This document shows positions 8,459-17,252 of a stretch of 53,963 nucleotides of DNA, one piece after another. This stretch comes from Methanobacteriota archaeon (GTDB lineage: Archaea; Thermoplasmatota; Poseidoniia; Poseidoniales; Poseidoniaceae): contig WTIT01000087.1 of assembly GCA_011526375.1 (NCBI GenBank), positions 71,565-125,527 on the forward strand, given 5' to 3'. The translations under genes were made by a program, and so were the position numbers. Position 1 is the first letter of the stretch. Every line of letters starts with the position of its first letter. The notes below the pieces were generated by a model, which was given only the letters and a program-made list of their open reading frames with translations, was not told the DNA's origin and searched no databases.

Positions 8459-9235
8459 ATTCCAGCCGTATGGGAGATTATTTTCATCGGTAAATATCAC
8501 GTTTACACCTAACCCAGTCTTGTGAAACGCGATTAATTGAACTTCATGAATTGCATGACCACTGGGGGCAATTCCAACGATCGATAGGTCATTGCCTTTC
8601 GAAGATTTTTGGGCTAAATTTGGTTTAGATTTGACAGTAGCTTCTTTGCCCAAAATTCTTCTTTTTCCTTCAACATCATCGAACCAAGGTAAAGGGCCTG
8701 AGGGAGAAAATCTCAATCCTAAAATTAAGTCAACACCTGGAGTTTCTTGGGCAGCATCTGCGTCAGCGCCACTCGGTATCGCTGGAGCATTTGGGTGAGT
8801 GTGTAACCAATGGGTAAATCTTCCAGCTCTAGCGCCTCGTGAAGGGGCAAAAATGTCATCAGTCCAATCCTCAGGCAGATGGTGTACTGAATATGAATTG
8901 CCTCGATTGACGATGTGCGCTTCGTTAATTAGATATCCTTGACCTTGAAATAGACCATCAACCTGCTGGACACTTGCAAACAATTCATCAACTTCGGGAT
9001 TTTGTTGTTGATTAACATCAATGTCCAGTCCTACCAATATTTCATCAGGTAGGGATTTCAATGCCCACCAAACTAACTCTTGGAATATCTCACCGGGCAT
9101 GTGTAACTGCGCTGCGTAAGAATCTCTCGCCTCGTATGATTCTTGATTGTATGAAGCCATTATTTCCTCAAGCCATGCTTCAACCATCATCAGTTGCCAG
9201 TAAGTCGTTATTGATGAAACTGCCCGTTTTTCCAA
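8441..9235 (-). CDS. JAMM/MPN+ (JAB1-type) zinc metalloprotease, candidate deubiquitinase/desampylase-like isopeptidase
   Basis: A complete JAMM motif H-x-H-x7-S-x2-D is present in WLHTHPNAPAIPSGADAD (nt 8762-8812). The upstream PDEILVGLDID supplies the conserved Glu. 264 aa, with N- and C-terminal extensions that I cannot assign. Confidence 0.6.
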   Translation of the reverse strand: MEKRAVSSITTYWQLMMVEAWLEEIMASYNQESYEARDSYAAQLHMPGEIFQELVWWALKSLPDEILVGLDIDVNQQQNPEVDELFASVQQVDGLFQGQGYLINEAHIVNRGNSYSVHHLPEDWTDDIFAPSRGARAGRFTHWLHTHPNAPAIPSGADADAAQETPGVDLILGLRFSPSGPLPWFDDVEGKRRILGKEATVKSKPNLAQKSSKGNDLSIVGIAPSGHAIHEVQLIAFHKTGLGVNVIFTDENNLPYGWNSIIPR

Positions 9236-9273
9236 TGATTAAATTCATATTGCATGGGCTGTCATTTCGATTC

Positions 9274-9975
9274 ATGGCGCGAAAGAAGCGTGGAATAGGC
9301 AAGTTTCTTGGCGCCATTGCAGGAAGCCCTTACGAGAGGCTACTGAAGCAGGTTGACAAATTGGTCGAAACCAGTGTCAATGAGAGAATGCTAGCAAAAA
9401 ATTTGGAAAAATTAGTCACTATTACTGCTACTAACTATGACGAGGAAAAAATCGATGAAGAAGAGCACGACCTTGTCATCGAGGCTATTGAAGAGGCAGA
9501 CCCTGAAGGCAGAACCTTCCCCAAAATGGATGAGGACGAAGACCCGTTTTACATGGGCGATGTCCCAGATGCTCCGGTATTGAAAGGCAAGAAGCGACAA
9601 AACCTAGATGAGTTGATGAAGGCCAAAGGAAACGAATTCACCGGTAGCTTTGGCAGAGATGAATTCGAAGATTACAAAGCCAAAATGGCCCAAGAGTTCC
9701 TCAAGGATTCAGATAAGGCGATTCGAGAAGGCGACCATGTAGCAAATATCGGGGCAATAAACAGAGTTTTTGCCGATGCTGATGAAGACATAAGCAGGGT
9801 AAAACAAGAGATTACTGAAGAGACAGGTATGTTAGATCCTAATTCAGCAGATGAGGAAGAATATCCAGAAGGTTACTCAATTGATGAAGATGGTACAGAA
9901 TGGTTTGAAGATGAAGATGGATACTGGTGGTATCGCTTAGAGGGCGATGAAGACTGGCAACCATATGAAGAGTAA
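9274..9975 (+). CDS. Highly acidic hypothetical protein with basic N-terminus and Trp-rich WW-like C-terminal module
   Basis: The longest ORF starts at 9061, but that part is antisense to the JAMM gene. I prefer the ATG at 9274 (MARKKRGIGKFLG...). The C-terminus is PEGYSIDEDGTEWFEDEDGYWWYRLEGDEDWQPYEE. Confidence 0.5.
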   Translation: MARKKRGIGKFLGAIAGSPYERLLKQVDKLVETSVNERMLAKNLEKLVTITATNYDEEKIDEEEHDLVIEAIEEADPEGRTFPKMDEDEDPFYMGDVPDAPVLKGKKRQNLDELMKAKGNEFTGSFGRDEFEDYKAKMAQEFLKDSDKAIREGDHVANIGAINRVFADADEDISRVKQEITEETGMLDPNSADEEEYPEGYSIDEDGTEWFEDEDGYWWYRLEGDEDWQPYEE

Positions 9976-10046
9976 TTCGCTACCAATTAAAATCTCACAA
10001 ATCGTAGTTTTCTGCTCTAGGAAATTACCACATCACTATAAGTAAA

Positions 10047-12842
10047 GTGGCATATCTTTCAGTTATGGGAAATCCCTTTTTTGCTCTTACAGAGAAAAGT
10101 GTCGAGCGACCAAAAACCGTTCTGGCCTGTGTTTTCTTAGTTCTGATGGTGCTCTCTTCAGGGGGAATGTATCTAAAATTTGACAACAGTGAGGATGGAT
10201 TTTTCCCTGATAATGATACGGTGACACTACTCAATGAAATTGAGGATGAATACCAAGCCTCAGTTGATTTTATCAGAGTTATTGATGAAGTAGGTGAAGG
10301 AGACTTACAACTCGAAACCACATGGCAACAATTAGCGATTATTGAGGCTGAAATGCTTGAAGATGAGAAATTCTTACCATATCAATATCCACTCTTTGGT
10401 ACCCAAGCTAACTCAGGAATGGCAAGCGGAGTCATACAATGGCAAATACTGCAAGATGTTGAATATGCACAAGCATGGCTGACCAATCTAACAAATTCTA
10501 TTGAACAAGTAAGGTCGTCAAATTCAAGCGAATTGGAAAGTTCACTAGTTGGTTTAACGATACAGGCAGATAATATTCCAGCATTTGAACCAGTAACCGC
10601 TGAAAAACTCAAACAGTGGAATTTTAGTGAAACAGAGTCATGGCAATCAAGACTAGATTCAGGCTCCAACATTACAGCAGAGGTTGATGAATTACTTTGG
10701 CGCATAAACTCCTTAGCAGGATTTAATTCAAACAGAACTAATGAAGAAAGAGGCCAAATTTTCGCAACTACCGGACCAATAATCGGCCAATTAAACATGA
10801 TGAAAGGCTTACAAGAAATTGATTTTAGAGATTCAATCTTATCCAACATTCCATTGGACGAGCGTTCGAATCCTTGGAATATGTCTGGGCCGATTATTAC
10901 AACATTAGTAATCAGCAACGACCCAGTTGTTTACGGTGGCGATGAGAGTGATTTTGATAAGGTGCAAAACGACATAGATCGATGGTCTGCTGAGTTGTTG
11001 TCCAGACTACAAGAGGAAACTGGAGATGATGAGTTAAGGACCTTTTCATTTGCTCAATTTGGTGTTGGCTCAACTGCTACACTGGGTAAAGAAATTGGTA
11101 TTCTAACCGGTTCAGCATTCCTGTTACTAGCGCTTATTTTGTGGTTTAATTTCCGCAGTAAAAGAGAGACTGCGTATGTTATGGTACTAACAATTTTTGC
11201 AATTATTGCAACTTATGGGTTGTCAGGATGGTTGGAATTTATTGGAGTCAACATGGTGTTTAATGCCGCAATGAATTCAATTCCCGTGTTATTATTGGCA
11301 ATAGGTGTGGACTACGGTTTACACGTGGTGCTAAGAATTCGGGAAGAGTTGAAAAATTCAGATGAGGGTAAATCTGCAGAAACAATGCGTGACTTCTCTA
11401 TAGAAGCTCGGAAATTGGCTATTAGAAGAGGGACAATTTTCACATCAATTGCCTTATTGATTGCGATTTTCACTGACATGATCGGATTTTTGTCGTTTAG
11501 ATTTTCTGCGTTATCTTTCTTGCAGGTGTTTGGAACCGTGATTGCTATTGGTTTATTCTTGATTTACATCCTGAGCATTTCTGCATTACCGGCATTAATG
11601 ACGATTATTCCACCAAAGCGGTTGGCCGTCGATAAGGCAAGTAAAATTGAGATTGGACCAATTGCTAGAGGGCTTGGAAAACTCTCCATGCAACCATTGA
11701 AAGTAGGAATTATTGCTGTGTTACTGCTTATTCCAATGTTTATTGGATTCCAACAATTGGAAGTTGGATTTGAACAAAGAGATCAGTTTGACCCAAGTAT
11801 CCCAGTCGTTGCTGATTTCATCATGCTGTCAGACGAATTCCAAAGTAGTCGCTCACCACTTTACATTGTTTATGATGGCGATGTACTGAGTTCTGAAGGC
11901 TGGGCATCATGGAATATGACGATGACTGCACTGTCGGCTAGCCCTGATGTGACGGGAGTGCCTAACGGATTGTGGGATTTAATTCAAGAATCAAGAACCC
12001 AGCATGAGGTATTAGATGAAATAATGACCGATATCGACGGTGGAGCAACTGATGCCTGGAACGATTTGTCAGATTGGTTGTTACTTAACGAGACAGGCCG
12101 TCAGTTAAGTGCAGCACTCCTACACTCCAACGGTCAGCAGACATTGATTTCATTCCAAGCAACCACATTAGATTGGCAAGCCACTGTTGATTTAACTGAA
12201 AGAATTGAGAAGTTATTGTCTGATACTCAACAAATCATTCCCGATGATGGCACTCTAAGAGTAAGTGGGCGAAGTCTAATCAATGCGCAAACGACTTCAG
12301 ATGTTGCAGCATCATCAATACAATCAACAGCAATTGTCGCTATTGTGATTTTAGTCATGTTAGTGTCCATCCATTCTTTCCGACAAAAGGATGTACAGCA
12401 AGGACTAGCAAGAGGTTTTGTCTCTTGGATTCCACTGATGATGGTGGTTTGCTGGGTATATGGAATCATGGGATTCACCGGTTACAATATCAATCCTCAA
12501 ACCGTCACTATCGGTGCCTTATCACTTGGTTTAGGAGTTGACTATGCGGTGCACTTCACTACTCGTCTAGAGGAAGAAGTCGAACATAATCCTCGAGGAG
12601 GCCAACAAGAATGGGTTGAGAATGCTTCAGCAACTACGGGCAGAGCAATGTTTGGTGCTGCATTAACCACTGCAGGAGGGTTTGCTGTGCTCAATCTGTC
12701 CGCATTACTTCCATTGCGTTTATTCGGTCAAGCATTTGTTGTTGCAATAACCCTGGCACTATTATCCAGTTTGATACTACTGCCGGCATTTTACACCAAA
12801 TTCTTGACTAGAGATGCAGAAAAATATCTTGAGGAGGAATGA
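10047..12842 (+). CDS. MMPL/RND-superfamily exporter (12-TM, two large extracytoplasmic loops)
   Basis: 931 aa with duplicated halves. Each half has a TM bundle with the MMPL-like motif GVDYGLHV / GVDYAVHF, and each is preceded by a large soluble loop. The start is GTG at 10047, with an ATG alternative at 10065. Confidence 0.75.
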   Translation: MAYLSVMGNPFFALTEKSVERPKTVLACVFLVLMVLSSGGMYLKFDNSEDGFFPDNDTVTLLNEIEDEYQASVDFIRVIDEVGEGDLQLETTWQQLAIIEAEMLEDEKFLPYQYPLFGTQANSGMASGVIQWQILQDVEYAQAWLTNLTNSIEQVRSSNSSELESSLVGLTIQADNIPAFEPVTAEKLKQWNFSETESWQSRLDSGSNITAEVDELLWRINSLAGFNSNRTNEERGQIFATTGPIIGQLNMMKGLQEIDFRDSILSNIPLDERSNPWNMSGPIITTLVISNDPVVYGGDESDFDKVQNDIDRWSAELLSRLQEETGDDELRTFSFAQFGVGSTATLGKEIGILTGSAFLLLALILWFNFRSKRETAYVMVLTIFAIIATYGLSGWLEFIGVNMVFNAAMNSIPVLLLAIGVDYGLHVVLRIREELKNSDEGKSAETMRDFSIEARKLAIRRGTIFTSIALLIAIFTDMIGFLSFRFSALSFLQVFGTVIAIGLFLIYILSISALPALMTIIPPKRLAVDKASKIEIGPIARGLGKLSMQPLKVGIIAVLLLIPMFIGFQQLEVGFEQRDQFDPSIPVVADFIMLSDEFQSSRSPLYIVYDGDVLSSEGWASWNMTMTALSASPDVTGVPNGLWDLIQESRTQHEVLDEIMTDIDGGATDAWNDLSDWLLLNETGRQLSAALLHSNGQQTLISFQATTLDWQATVDLTERIEKLLSDTQQIIPDDGTLRVSGRSLINAQTTSDVAASSIQSTAIVAIVILVMLVSIHSFRQKDVQQGLARGFVSWIPLMMVVCWVYGIMGFTGYNINPQTVTIGALSLGLGVDYAVHFTTRLEEEVEHNPRGGQQEWVENASATTGRAMFGAALTTAGGFAVLNLSALLPLRLFGQAFVVAITLALLSSLILLPAFYTKFLTRDAEKYLEEE

Positions 12843-13291
12843 ATATGGAAATAGAAATAGTAATGTTTTGGATATCATCGATTTACATAGTACCTATTTG
12901 GGGTCTGATGTGGTTTGCACCTCGTCATGAGATTACCAAAAAAATAGTTGGTGATTTGAGAATATCAGTTCTTCCGTTATTGATTCCTTATGCTATTTTA
13001 GCAATACCGACTATCCCTGATATTTTTGCTACGCTTGGTACAGAGATGCCAACACCAGATTTGATCATCGAATTTTTCCAAGACGATAAAGTGATTATTC
13101 TTGGTTGGTTGCATTTCTTAGCCTTTGATGTGCTAGCCGGTCGCTTCATTTGGCAAAGAATGTTAGCCTGTGACCGGCCAATGTATGTTTCAACACCAAT
13201 TTTAGTTCTAGGAATGATGGTAGCCCCACTAGGGTTCCTGATTGGTTTAATTGCAACTTGGGAATACAGTGAAACTAACATTGATGTGTGA
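12839..13291 (+). CDS. DUF4281 (ABA4-like) family membrane protein
   Basis: WGLMWFAPRH...GWLHFLAFDVLAGRFIWQ...MVAPLGFLIGL matches my recollection of the DUF4281 pattern (W.H.laFDLf.GrW). The ATG overlaps the MMPL stop (ATGA) and is preceded by GAGGAGG at 12831-12837. Confidence 0.55.
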   Translation: MNMEIEIVMFWISSIYIVPIWGLMWFAPRHEITKKIVGDLRISVLPLLIPYAILAIPTIPDIFATLGTEMPTPDLIIEFFQDDKVIILGWLHFLAFDVLAGRFIWQRMLACDRPMYVSTPILVLGMMVAPLGFLIGLIATWEYSETNIDV

Positions 13292-13330
13292 TTCAAAAAT
13301 GTCATAGACTAACTTTGAATTAGGTCAGGT

Positions 13331-13561
13331 ATGGTACTGTTGAACTTGTGGTCTGTTGGTCATTTTTGTCAATGGTTTCTAGTTGGAAGATTTCTAAATC
13401 TTTCATGGACATTATTCTTAATTCTATCAATAGGTTGGGAGCTACTAGAACTGATATTGCCGTACGAATTCGCCAACGAAACCTGGGACAACAAATTTTC
13501 AGACATCGTGGTAAATTGCTGTGGTTTCTACTTGGGCAATCTCTTCAAACAAGGGTATTGA
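13331..13561 (+). CDS. Hypothetical small membrane protein (76 aa)
   Basis: Two hydrophobic helices. This frame is preferred over the overlapping 13348..13596 frame because its composition is more protein-like. No family recognised. Confidence 0.35.
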   Translation: MVLLNLWSVGHFCQWFLVGRFLNLSWTLFLILSIGWELLELILPYEFANETWDNKFSDIVVNCCGFYLGNLFKQGY

Positions 13562-13568
13562 ATTTAGA

Positions 13569-14393
13569 TCAAAATGGGTTTTTAGGCTCTTCTTGATCCC
13601 AGAAATTGTCACTTTGAGGTTGTTGCATTGTGGTTTGTGGTTGCACCGGTACATCGGCGTAATTTTTCTGATATACTGGCTGGGTCATTGTGGTTTGATT
13701 GGCTTGCATCATCACATTATTCATTGGCATGCCAGTGTTTTGAACAATCACCTTCTGCTCATTATTTACCAACAGACCCAAAATCAATCCGAAGCCAAAA
13801 ACTACAACGCCACAGCAGATTCCCATGAAGCCCGCTGCACCTTGCAGTCCTCCACCTATTGCCTCTCCAATGCCTTCAAGCGCTTTACCAACCAAATCAT
13901 CATCATAGACTACCCAAACCTCAGCATTTGAGGTGAAAGAGATGTCTCCTGAATAACATGCAAGACAGGCGCGGCCGATTTTGATAAGACCTTGATCCGA
14001 GCGTTCCTCGTCTTTGTTATCTTCATTAGCATCACAATTTTGCGAGTCTACTTCAAAGTAAAAATCACCATCCTTCGATTCATCCCAATCACTGTTGGTG
14101 CTTGGCTTTTCAGTGATTGTTATTTCAGTTGAATCGCAGTGGTCCCATACTCCGTTGTTATCGAAATCCGTGTATTCGCCTTGAACGTAGAATGTAAGTC
14201 CTAAGTCACCTACACCATCCTTGTCATCGATGGTTATGGTGCCCGAAGTAACCTGTTCGAGTTCATATTCTTCCAGTTCGTTGAATTTTTCCCCAGCATC
14301 TTCGATATTTTCGCCACCGATTACCATGAGTAATACTCCGCCGAGGATAACAAAAACGCCGATTCCCATGAAGACTTTACCAACTGGATGCAT
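13569..14393 (-). CDS. Bitopic/hairpin membrane protein, paralog B of a tandem pair (N-TM, Cys-containing ectodomain, GxxxG/CCG TM, Q/P-rich tail ending NFWD)
   Basis: Shares with 14451..15254 the following: MH..GK..G.IG N-terminus; D.NNxGV.DHC; xxNCD/QCD; L.(K/R)IG.AC..C..G; G.(M)G.CCG..(V/F)FG(F/I)FGL; C-terminal (D/E)NFWD. Confidence 0.6.
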   Translation of the reverse strand: MHPVGKVFMGIGVFVILGGVLLMVIGGENIEDAGEKFNELEEYELEQVTSGTITIDDKDGVGDLGLTFYVQGEYTDFDNNGVWDHCDSTEITITEKPSTNSDWDESKDGDFYFEVDSQNCDANEDNKDEERSDQGLIKIGRACLACYSGDISFTSNAEVWVVYDDDLVGKALEGIGEAIGGGLQGAAGFMGICCGVVVFGFGLILGLLVNNEQKVIVQNTGMPMNNVMMQANQTTMTQPVYQKNYADVPVQPQTTMQQPQSDNFWDQEEPKNPF

Positions 14394-14450
14394 GCTGTAC
14401 CGTGATTGTGATTCCGATATAACGGTATTGTATACTAAGAAACAGTGTAA

Positions 14451-15254
14451 TCATACTTTGTCCCAGAAGTTTTCTTTAGCCTCTTCAGGGTTGGTTTCCT
14501 GTTGGGTACTAGCACCTCCACCAATTGAATCATAGTTTGGTTCGGTCATCATCGTTGAAGTTATGTTGGAATTAAACCCAGTTTGATGGATTGTTACTTC
14601 CTGCTGCTGAGTCGATTTTCTTATTGTAACGTTGTGCTCGGGGTTTTGCACACCAACAGTAATGCCGCCCGCTAAACCAAATATGCCGAAGCAAATACCG
14701 CAACATCCCATTGCAAAGCCCCCAATAATTCCAGCCCACGCATATTGAGCAATTCCATTTGTCTTTATCCACATCGATACATTGTCCTGTGCTACTATGG
14801 TAGTATTGCCTTTCATACATCCGACACATGCTTCGCCAATTCGAACTAACTCTTTGCCTTCATAGGTTATTGATTCAGCAGTCAAATATGAATCACATTG
14901 ACTATTACCATAGCTTACCGAATAAGAGAAAACTTCTCTTTCTGGGTCAGGATCTTGCACCTCCGAATAATTAAATCCATAGTCAGAAATCCACTTCCCA
15001 CTGTGAGTAGCTGTGATTGTGATATCCTCACAGTGATCATAAACATAGTTATTATTCAAGTCGACAATAGGATACTCAACATAAACAGTAAATCCGTCTG
15101 TAAACTCATCAACTACCAATGTGCCGTTATTGATTTCTACATATTGGAACTCATCAATCTCTGATAATTCTGAGAAACCCGATATTGCTGTTACAGCACC
15201 AAATATTATGATTAATATTCCAATGGGGCCAATGATTTTGCCTTTAATGTGCAT
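14451..15254 (-). CDS. Bitopic/hairpin membrane protein, paralog A of a tandem pair
   Basis: Same architecture and conserved Cys pattern as 13569..14393. It starts 20 nt downstream of the S15 peptidase gene on the same strand. Confidence 0.6.
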   Translation of the reverse strand: MHIKGKIIGPIGILIIIFGAVTAISGFSELSEIDEFQYVEINNGTLVVDEFTDGFTVYVEYPIVDLNNNYVYDHCEDITITATHSGKWISDYGFNYSEVQDPDPEREVFSYSVSYGNSQCDSYLTAESITYEGKELVRIGEACVGCMKGNTTIVAQDNVSMWIKTNGIAQYAWAGIIGGFAMGCCGICFGIFGLAGGITVGVQNPEHNVTIRKSTQQQEVTIHQTGFNSNITSTMMTEPNYDSIGGGASTQQETNPEEAKENFWDKV

Positions 15255-15274
15255 TTGTTATCATTCCTTGTTAC

Positions 15275-17203
15275 CTATTCAGGTATCGGTTGTTGATCCC
15301 ACCATGGTGGTGCTAAGAACCATGATTCGTGAGAATTAGGCCTGTCGATTATTGGCAAACCTATCATTCCTCCATCGACATCTAATCCACCTAGTGGGTT
15401 TGTTGCGCAAGGACTAGGCAGGTAGTCTTCACCAGATTCAGTTAACTCGATTCGTAGAGTGTGACCTGCTGGTACAACCACATCTAGAGGATTGAATTCC
15501 ATCAACATGGTGTAGGACGAGAATGGTGAAGTTGGTTTTGCGTCATAGCCGCCGTCTCGATACCTGATGTCCATGGTTGCATGACCAAGTCTCAAATCAT
15601 TGGTATTGTCAAACAATGTGGCGAATATTTGCCCTCCTTGACAAGCTTGGGTAGTTACATCCAAATGAAGCGTCGGCAGTCCAGATATGTGAGTTAATTC
15701 AATTAACTCTTCACTGACCAAGGTTACTGATGAGCCTTGTGCATTTACAGTGGTTCCTGTAATTGACCAACTGCTACCAATCTCTTGCATATCCCACGTC
15801 ATATCCTCCGGCGGCCACGTCTTTTCTAAGTGCCACTTACCATCATTAGTTTGGATTTGCACCATTGGTTCAGGCTCTTCACCGATGTCTTTTAGGTAGT
15901 AGTTGAACCATTGATATAATTCAACCGCCCAGTCCATTCTGGTCATGTTTGGATAGGCTTCTAAGCCATATCCAGAACCTAATTCAGAGTGTCTGTCGGG
16001 CTGATCAGGATAATTATGTGCCCACTGGCCAGCGATTGCTCTTGCGTTTATTCCTGCGTCAATCATCATCTGATAAGTTGGGAATGCATGGTATGGATCT
16101 ACGTTCCAATCTTGTAATCCCCACACTAGGTAGACACTGCCACGGTAATTTTCCAATACGTCAGGAAGATGTCGTCGCTCATCCCAGTAATCATTCCACT
16201 GCGCACCACCAAACTCGGCACCAGCCCAAGTAGTAAACGGGTTCAAAGGTCCAATTGCATCATCAGTACACATTCTTGAGTCATCAAAACCAGGGTCGGC
16301 GGTAGCCCCTTCATACAATGCATCATAGAGCATGGCACGAGCTTCGGAAGAGCCGTTTCTGTAGAACATCTCTTGAACACCTATAGAGCCAGAAATAGGT
16401 ACTATGGTTTTGAGATGTTCACTTGGATTTTGTGCGGCCTCCCAATTGGTTGTACCAGCATATGATTTGCCCATCAAGCCAACATTACCGTTCGACCACT
16501 CTTGTTTTCCTAACCAATCAACAACTGCTTGGATGCCGATTTGCTCACCAAGACCCTTGACATCTTGGCAGTGAGTTGACTGTCCAGTGCCGAAAGTTGA
16601 TGCTTGAGCGAGAGCATATCCGTGAGGTACGAAAGTGTCGTAGACCCACTTGCCTACTCCACCGTCTGGTACTGTGTTCGGCGATGAATCATCGCCGGCG
16701 ATTCCTTCGCCACCAAAGTCGTAATACGGGTGAATGGTCATAATTACTGGAACTTTTACTCCCTCCTCAACATCTGGTAGCCAGAGAGCCACATGCATCA
16801 AATCAGCACCAGGAGAGCCGACATCTTGCTCACTAAGTGGCAAATCTACTTCTATGAAATGCTCAGTGTAAGGCAAAACATCATGGGTGCCATTTACTGG
16901 TAGTTGTGCGCGCATGGTGTCCATTGGCAAATCCATTTGGTGTCGCAAGTGAATAGGTGTCTCCCACCACTCGCCCGAAAATGAAACATCATCATTCGAG
17001 TCATAAACAATCACATTACCAAAGGACATTGCTAACAGAAGAAAGACAATTGAAATGGCAACAGTTGATAGCATTGAGAGGTTTAATTCTCTCCGACTAG
17101 AGGTAGGCGATTGTTCTACCAGTTCAGCAACATAGACCTCTGCCTCTAGTACGGAGGATTCTGCTGCCATGTATATCCCCAAACACTGCTTGCTCATGAG
17201 CAT
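15275..17203 (-). CDS. Membrane-anchored X-Pro dipeptidyl-peptidase / CocE-NonD family (S15) serine hydrolase
   Basis: N-terminal TM (LSMLSTVAISIVFLLLAMSF). Nucleophile elbow VGLMGKSYAGTT (GxSxG). The length and the C-terminal beta-sandwich-like region are typical of PepX/CocE proteins. Alternative starts lie at 17197 and 17170. Confidence 0.7.
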   Translation of the reverse strand: MLMSKQCLGIYMAAESSVLEAEVYVAELVEQSPTSSRRELNLSMLSTVAISIVFLLLAMSFGNVIVYDSNDDVSFSGEWWETPIHLRHQMDLPMDTMRAQLPVNGTHDVLPYTEHFIEVDLPLSEQDVGSPGADLMHVALWLPDVEEGVKVPVIMTIHPYYDFGGEGIAGDDSSPNTVPDGGVGKWVYDTFVPHGYALAQASTFGTGQSTHCQDVKGLGEQIGIQAVVDWLGKQEWSNGNVGLMGKSYAGTTNWEAAQNPSEHLKTIVPISGSIGVQEMFYRNGSSEARAMLYDALYEGATADPGFDDSRMCTDDAIGPLNPFTTWAGAEFGGAQWNDYWDERRHLPDVLENYRGSVYLVWGLQDWNVDPYHAFPTYQMMIDAGINARAIAGQWAHNYPDQPDRHSELGSGYGLEAYPNMTRMDWAVELYQWFNYYLKDIGEEPEPMVQIQTNDGKWHLEKTWPPEDMTWDMQEIGSSWSITGTTVNAQGSSVTLVSEELIELTHISGLPTLHLDVTTQACQGGQIFATLFDNTNDLRLGHATMDIRYRDGGYDAKPTSPFSSYTMLMEFNPLDVVVPAGHTLRIELTESGEDYLPSPCATNPLGGLDVDGGMIGLPIIDRPNSHESWFLAPPWWDQQPIPE

Positions 17204-17252
17204 GACGCTTAGTTGTCGAACTATTCATGAGTGAGATAGTTTTCGTATTGTC

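Noticed and set aside
10382-10918. 178-aa antisense ORF inside the MMPL gene.
   Set aside because: It is fully nested in a CDS with a strong family signature, has no motif support and has no independent start context.
13348-13596. 82-aa ORF overlapping the 76-aa ORF 13331..13561 in another frame. Also 5527..5883, overlapping the DUF3817 gene.
   Set aside because: The competing frames give coherent TM helices (13331) or a recognisable DUF3817 pattern (5600). The alternatives look like frame artefacts.
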